Source: an uncultured Bacilli bacterium (GTDB lineage Bacteria > Bacillota_I > Bacilli_A > RF39 > UBA660). From it: a DNA stretch of 64,000 nucleotides. Made by a program: the position numbers and the translations under genes. Below the pieces are notes generated by a model, which saw nothing but the letters and a program-made list of their open reading frames with translations, searched no databases and had not been told where the DNA came from. This document shows, piece by piece, positions 59,385 to 64,000 of the stretch. The stretch's first letter is position 1. Every line of letters begins with the position of its first letter. The stretch lies in NCBI GenBank assembly GCA_944364015.1, contig CALVVX010000001.1, positions 6,357 to 70,356 on the forward strand, in the 5' to 3' direction.

Positions 59385-60962
59385 TTATATTCTTAACTTA
59401 AATGTTTTTGGAGCATATTTATAGGCAACAAATAATGAAACCAAAGAATATCCAATACAAAAAATAATCATTGCTATACCAAAATAAAACGTTGGCATTT
59501 TAACTCCAATAAACCAATATACTACAATATAAGTTAAAATTTGAGCAACTTTATATGTACTACTTTTCATCTCGGTATTAGCATTATATGGTTGTAATAA
59601 ATAATATAAAATCAAATAGTGAACAGAGAAGAATATACTCATTGCAATTATTGATACAATTATAATTAAATAATTCAATGAATTATCAGTTCCACCAGAT
59701 AAATATAATAGCATTGCTAATCCTAAACCAATCAATATTGCAGGTAATAAATTTATTATTATTAAAGTTTTTAATCTTTCTCTAAAAACTCCCAATATAA
59801 CTTTTGGTGTTCTATAAATTCTATATGTAAGCATACTATGATCACAATTCATAAACATTGCTTGAGTAACTGATGAACTTCTATTAATAAGATACATTAT
59901 AAATACAAAATAAGGTAAATATACAAGTGTAATTTTATTAATAGATTCTCCCATTAGAGGATTAACTTTAATCATAATAAACGATACTAAAAAAACTAAT
60001 AAAATAACTATTGACTGTTTTTTTACAGCCTTTGTAAGAATTTTACTGTGTCGTTTAACAAATAACTCATGAAAAAAAGCAAATCCAGTTTTATTACTAG
60101 TAAAATTATTATCTAATTCAATTTGTTTTAAACTATTATCTTTCATAGCTTTAGTTCCTGTATTATTTTTCATTGCATAAATATTATTTTCTGTTAAAAT
60201 TTGTTTATACAATTTTCTATAATCTTTAAAATTATTAATTACAAATATACTATATATACCAAGTACTATAGCAATTACAAATATACTTAAGAAAATAGTT
60301 TTATTAATAACTATATTTAATGCAGGTAATCCATAAGCAAGTAATACACATATTGCAATAACACTCCATACTACCGCTGTTGGAATATTTTCATTTTTTG
60401 CTTTCTTTGTTTTTTTAAAATCCCAAATACAATAATTCATTACAATTAATTTAACTGCTACAACGAAGAAAGGTAATAAAATACATAACCATAAAGGTAT
60501 ATTAATTACTAAACCAAACAAAATAGTAAATGGCATAAAACCAATAATAACTCTTAACAATTGATAATAGTAATTAGATAATCCATATTTTTTTGCATCA
60601 AAATTCATAATAACTATCGCATAATATTTATCTTTTGTTGGATTAAGCATGTATGTATTCATAAATGCTCCACCTATTGTGAGAAATAAAAATATATGAA
60701 TAAACGAATCGCTTTTTTCAACAGAATATACTATTAATATTGAAAAAATAGCTAGAAAAACATATAAAAATTTTCCTAAAAAAGTAAATATAAATTCTAT
60801 TAAAATACTAATTATATTAGCAAATATTTTTAATCCTTTGTTCTTATATAAACTATTAGGCAATATTTTATTAATAATAGGAAATTGTTTAATAGAATAA
60901 ATAATACTATTTGCTCTATATGCATTTTTTAATTTAAAGGACATTATAAATGATTTTATCAT
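59385..60962 (-). CDS. Polytopic membrane protein, putative permease partner of the adjacent ABC ATPase
   Basis: About 12 hydrophobic segments. Immediately downstream of the ABC ATPase gene. Confidence 0.45.
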   Translation of the reverse strand: MIKSFIMSFKLKNAYRANSIIYSIKQFPIINKILPNSLYKNKGLKIFANIISILIEFIFTFLGKFLYVFLAIFSILIVYSVEKSDSFIHIFLFLTIGGAFMNTYMLNPTKDKYYAIVIMNFDAKKYGLSNYYYQLLRVIIGFMPFTILFGLVINIPLWLCILLPFFVVAVKLIVMNYCIWDFKKTKKAKNENIPTAVVWSVIAICVLLAYGLPALNIVINKTIFLSIFVIAIVLGIYSIFVINNFKDYRKLYKQILTENNIYAMKNNTGTKAMKDNSLKQIELDNNFTSNKTGFAFFHELFVKRHSKILTKAVKKQSIVILLVFLVSFIMIKVNPLMGESINKITLVYLPYFVFIMYLINRSSSVTQAMFMNCDHSMLTYRIYRTPKVILGVFRERLKTLIIINLLPAILIGLGLAMLLYLSGGTDNSLNYLIIIVSIIAMSIFFSVHYLILYYLLQPYNANTEMKSSTYKVAQILTYIVVYWFIGVKMPTFYFGIAMIIFCIGYSLVSLFVAYKYAPKTFKLRI

Positions 60963-60967
60963 TGCAT

Positions 60968-61666
60968 TTATTCCTCCTTTAAAGCTTCCATTATTTTATT
61001 TTTAAATTGTTTATTATCTAAATTTTCTTTATTTACTTCTTCTAATACTCCTTTATTAAGTATAACTATTTCATCACATAAATCTAACGCTAACTCCATA
61101 ATATGAGTAGAAAAAATAATAATATGATCTTTTTTTATTTCTCTTAACATTTGTTTCATTTCTTCTTGTACTACAATATCTAATGATGTTAAAGGTTCAT
61201 CAAATAATAATACATTAGGATTAGAAATAATATTAACTAACATCTGCATTTTATTTTTCATACCATGAGAATAATCTTTTAACAATTTATCCCTATCATC
61301 TTTATCTATTTTCATAAAGTCAAAGTATTCATCAGTAGATTTTACATTTTTTATTCTTTCGTGATTAATTTCAATAAAAAATTTTAAAAATTCTCTACCT
61401 GTTAAAAATTCTGGAACATTTGGAGTAGATAAAACATAACCTATATCTTCAGGTTTCATTTTTTCTATCTTTTTATTATTTTCTATATAAAACTCTCCTG
61501 CATCAACATCTAAATCTTCATTTATACAATTAAAAAGAGTTGTTTTACCAGCACCATTACGACCAAGTAAACCATAAATTTTCCCTTTTTCAAATTCAAA
61601 GTTAATATCTTCTAAAACTTTTTTCTTATCAAAACTCTTTTTAAGGTGTTTAATTACTAACTTCAT
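60968..61666 (-). CDS. ABC transporter ATP-binding protein
   Basis: Walker A GRNGAGKTT, degenerate signature YSHGMKNKM and Walker B LLFDEPLTSLD. Confidence 0.8.
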   Translation of the reverse strand: MKLVIKHLKKSFDKKKVLEDINFEFEKGKIYGLLGRNGAGKTTLFNCINEDLDVDAGEFYIENNKKIEKMKPEDIGYVLSTPNVPEFLTGREFLKFFIEINHERIKNVKSTDEYFDFMKIDKDDRDKLLKDYSHGMKNKMQMLVNIISNPNVLLFDEPLTSLDIVVQEEMKQMLREIKKDHIIIFSTHIMELALDLCDEIVILNKGVLEEVNKENLDNKQFKNKIMEALKEE

Positions 61667-61782
61667 AAATATCTCTCCTTCAATACAAAATTATACCATA
61701 ATATTTACAAAGTTATATAAAAAAGTAATATTAAATGATATAATTATATTGTGAAAAAAAAACTAAATATGGAGTTGATGTT

Positions 61783-62577
61783 ATGAGCTTAATAGAAGAA
61801 GAAAGAATTAATTCTGAAAAATACAAACTTTTAGAAGAAATAATAGAATATAATAACAAAAAAGTAAAAATTGTAAAATTAACAAGTGATAATGTATCAA
61901 GAGTAGAAGCGATGATTTCTACAGATTCAGATTATAAGCAAACACAAATTGGTGAAGATGAAATTGTTTATAAACAAGATGGAACAATAAAATATATTGG
62001 TTCAAGTACATATTGGATATTACAACTTAAAGAAATAATTGATACTAATTTAAAATATTCTTCAAAAGGATTTTCTTATGAAGATATTATTGGAAATATA
62101 ATTATTGCAATCGATAATGAAAATAGTACTCACTTAAATTCTGATAAAATGGGTAGAAAAGTTGTTAAAGATAGAATTTTATCTTTATCAAGATCAGAGT
62201 TTAAAAATTTATTAAAAGATGAAGAAAAAGAATATAAATTATTAAATTATATTCAAACACCTCAATATAAAGGAGAAAAAAATCATTTTTCATTTGCTAC
62301 AAAATTTTGTCATTATGTAAGTCTAATAATATTTGAGAAAACAGAGTTTGAAGATAACTATTCAATATACGATAATGTATTAAAAAAGTCATTATGTAAA
62401 TATATTAAGAGATATTTGAATTTAGATGTTAAAGAAAGTTCGTTTGAAAATAATTATAATAAATATATAGGATATATAGATCAAATTAGAAATAAAGCAG
62501 AAGAACTTTATGGTAAAAAAATAAGTAGAAATGGTCTTGATCATTTGCTTTGGTATTATCATAAGGGTAGACAATAA
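61783..62577 (+). CDS. Hypothetical protein with a C-terminal Rx4H (HEPN-like) motif
   Basis: The C-terminus ISRNGLDHLLWYYH contains R-x4-H. No other recognisable motifs. Confidence 0.3.
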   Translation: MSLIEEERINSEKYKLLEEIIEYNNKKVKIVKLTSDNVSRVEAMISTDSDYKQTQIGEDEIVYKQDGTIKYIGSSTYWILQLKEIIDTNLKYSSKGFSYEDIIGNIIIAIDNENSTHLNSDKMGRKVVKDRILSLSRSEFKNLLKDEEKEYKLLNYIQTPQYKGEKNHFSFATKFCHYVSLIIFEKTEFEDNYSIYDNVLKKSLCKYIKRYLNLDVKESSFENNYNKYIGYIDQIRNKAEELYGKKISRNGLDHLLWYYHKGRQ

Positions 62578-62594
62578 AACTTTAATTTTAAATA

Positions 62595-63545
62595 TTATTT
62601 TATAGTATTATAATAATCATTTATTATAGTTAATAAATAATCTTTTTTAACTATACTATCTATCCATTTATTAGTTAAATTACCATAATATATTCCACTT
62701 AAACCCCCAACAAGTGCTCCGATAGTATCACTATCATTTCCTAAATTAATAGCTTCAATGACACATTTATCATAACTATTATTATTTATAAAACACCATA
62801 TAACAGCCTCTAGTGTATCAACAATGAAGCCCATACTACTAATATCATCTACATCTAATTTACTAATATCATTTTTTAACAATCTATCATAATACTTTAT
62901 ATCATCCAAATTAAAATAATTTTCGTAATTATATTTTCTTATATTGTTATAAGCAGTTTCTTTTTCTTTATTACTTAATAATTCTATTACTAACAAAGTA
63001 TATATAAAGCAACCTAATATACTTATTTTATGACTATGAGTAAGTGATGATACATCTTTTACTAAATCATATATTTCATCATCATTTAAATTTTTATAAT
63101 AAGAATAATAAGCAATAGGTAATATTCGCATTAAACTACCATTACCATTATAATTAAAACCATTCATTCCACAGTCAGTTATCTTTTCATATCTTTTATT
63201 ATAGTATCTTCCTAAAGCCAAAAAAGTTGTCCTACCAATGCCAAAAGCTTTATCAATAGCAATAAAATCTTTATTTGAAATCCATAAAATAAAATTATTC
63301 ATAATACTCTCATAATCAATTTTACCTTTATTATCAATAATTGCTTTCATTGTGGCAATAACCATACTACTATCATCAGACCAAACACCTTTTTTACCAA
63401 TTCTATTATTACTAATCATATCTGTAACTTTATTATTTTTAAATATTTCTCTTTTTTTAAATTCTAATGGAACTCCTAAAGCATCTCCAATAATAAAACC
63501 AAGTATACCATTTTTGAATTTATTAAAATCTGACATACATACCAC
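62595..63545 (-). CDS. ADP-ribosylglycohydrolase family protein
   Basis: N-terminal GILGFIIGDALGVPLEF...GVWSDDSSM, the ARH/DraG signature. The start could be M1 or M4. Confidence 0.7.
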   Translation of the reverse strand: MVCMSDFNKFKNGILGFIIGDALGVPLEFKKREIFKNNKVTDMISNNRIGKKGVWSDDSSMVIATMKAIIDNKGKIDYESIMNNFILWISNKDFIAIDKAFGIGRTTFLALGRYYNKRYEKITDCGMNGFNYNGNGSLMRILPIAYYSYYKNLNDDEIYDLVKDVSSLTHSHKISILGCFIYTLLVIELLSNKEKETAYNNIRKYNYENYFNLDDIKYYDRLLKNDISKLDVDDISSMGFIVDTLEAVIWCFINNNSYDKCVIEAINLGNDSDTIGALVGGLSGIYYGNLTNKWIDSIVKKDYLLTIINDYYNTIK

Positions 63546-63821
63546 CTAATCATATTATATATCAAATTGAGATATTTTCATATACCAATACTTAAGACAT
63601 TATCATATACTAATTAAATACAACTAATTTAATGATTAAACAAAAATTGACAAGTTAGTATAAATATGATATTATTTAATTACTTTTGAAAGGGAGAGAT
63701 TAAAAAGTTAAACAATCAATTAACAACGACATCTATTACACATTAAAATCTATTATTTCTATTGATTGTTTTAGTGTTGCTTAATTATAAAGACAACTTA
63801 AAATAATGATATAATATTAGT

Positions 63822-64000
63822 AGAAAAACTATGATATAGGACACGATTATTAAGATTTTATTTATAAGAGAGTTATCGGGTGGTGTGAGATAATAGTAAA
63901 CTTAATAATTACTACCTATTAGTTACACTCGAAAGAGATTGTCCGAGATTATCGGTTAAATAAATTAAGTTAAAAAGAGGATGGTACCGTCTATAATAGA
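63822..64000 (+). ncRNA. Partial T-box riboswitch leader; the regulated gene lies beyond the window
   Basis: An extended -10 TGATATAAT lies at about 63807-63815. The leader has AGAGAG (about 63867), GGGTGGTGTGAGA, a CGGTTA (F-box-like) element and AAGAGGATGGTACCGTC at about 63975-63991, which matches the T-box consensus AGGGTGGTACCGCG. The window ends before the terminator/antiterminator. Confidence 0.45.

Noticed and set aside
574-63549. Many 60-190-aa ORFs in the track embedded antisense or out of frame within larger genes (for example 574..813, 1030..1218, 2684..2971, 3057..3278, 5819..6058, 12576..12914, 12954..13511, 13253..13474, 13859..14104, 32057..32347, 35045..35299, 49930..50508, 53785..54084, 63352..63549)
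   Set aside because: They overlap well-supported conserved genes on the opposite strand or in another frame. Their products are low-complexity, rich in Leu, Phe and Ile, as expected from translating AT-rich antisense sequence. None has an SD.
1-64000. Possibility of an alternative genetic code (TGA read as Trp, Mollicutes-like), given the extreme AT content
   Set aside because: All conserved genes (dnaA, mnmG, argS, murA and others) give full-length products with standard stops. Sporulation genes (spoIVA, spoIID, spoIIID) indicate a Firmicute spore former.
1-64000. CRISPR arrays, tRNA or rRNA genes, IS elements or transposases
   Set aside because: No spaced direct-repeat arrays, no GC-rich tRNA-like cloverleaf candidates, and no transposase, integrase or recombinase ORFs were found by reading. 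The only tandem repeat is the 20-mer at 45845-45889.

Overview
The window is very AT-rich and reads with the standard genetic code: long ORFs are unbroken and TGA acts as a stop. It is the chromosomal replication-origin region of a low-GC, endospore-forming Firmicute, probably a Clostridia-like organism. The ORF track appears to accept GTG/TTG as start codons, so several N-termini were re-called from SD (ribosome-binding site) position and family alignment.

**Conserved origin array.** dnaN and dnaA lie on the minus strand, with dense DnaA-box clusters and an AT-rich unwinding element in the dnaA-dnaN spacer and upstream of dnaA. On the plus strand follow rpmH (L34, absent from the ORF track), rnpA, yidC and jag. 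Then come mnmE, mnmG, rsmG and a lone parB-like gene. This array is interrupted by apparent insertions:
- a HerA/FtsK-type ATPase between dnaA and rpmH, transcribed into the DnaA-box cluster;
- an MscS channel, a class-A beta-lactamase-fold hydrolase and a MacB/FtsX-type ABC transporter between jag and mnmE;
- a 788-aa protein with a type IV prepilin leader, flanked by two paralogous membrane-anchored genes, between rsmG and parB.

**Downstream housekeeping and sporulation genes.** These are a class A PBP, DUF1934-argS, rpoE (RNAP delta), hup (HU), spoIVA, der and engB. Next come cysS, gmk, murA and rpmE, then spoIID, a spoIIQ-like M23 peptidase, spoIIID, mreB/mbl and rpiB, followed by ogt and tag.

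**Most unusual locus (30.4-33.5 kb).** An XRE-HTH/S24-peptidase (LexA/CI-like) repressor and a HAD nucleotidase-like hydrolase sit next to two adjacent genes encoding three dCTP-deaminase/dUTPase-fold domains in a 1 + 2 arrangement. Each domain has lost a different subset of the canonical Dcd catalytic residues, suggesting a pseudo-heterotrimer with at most one composite active site.

**Other candidates worth a second look:**
- a tandem pair of 2-hydroxyacyl-CoA-dehydratase-component-like proteins with no activase partner;
- two TasA/SipW-type secreted proteins downstream of a perfect 20-bp tandem repeat;
- an uncharacterised 1183-aa protein translationally coupled to a truncated ALDH-fold protein beside a DNA-repair trio (ogt, tag, SplB-like radical SAM);
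- a partial T-box leader running off the right edge.

No CRISPR array, tRNA, rRNA, transposase or prophage structural genes were seen.
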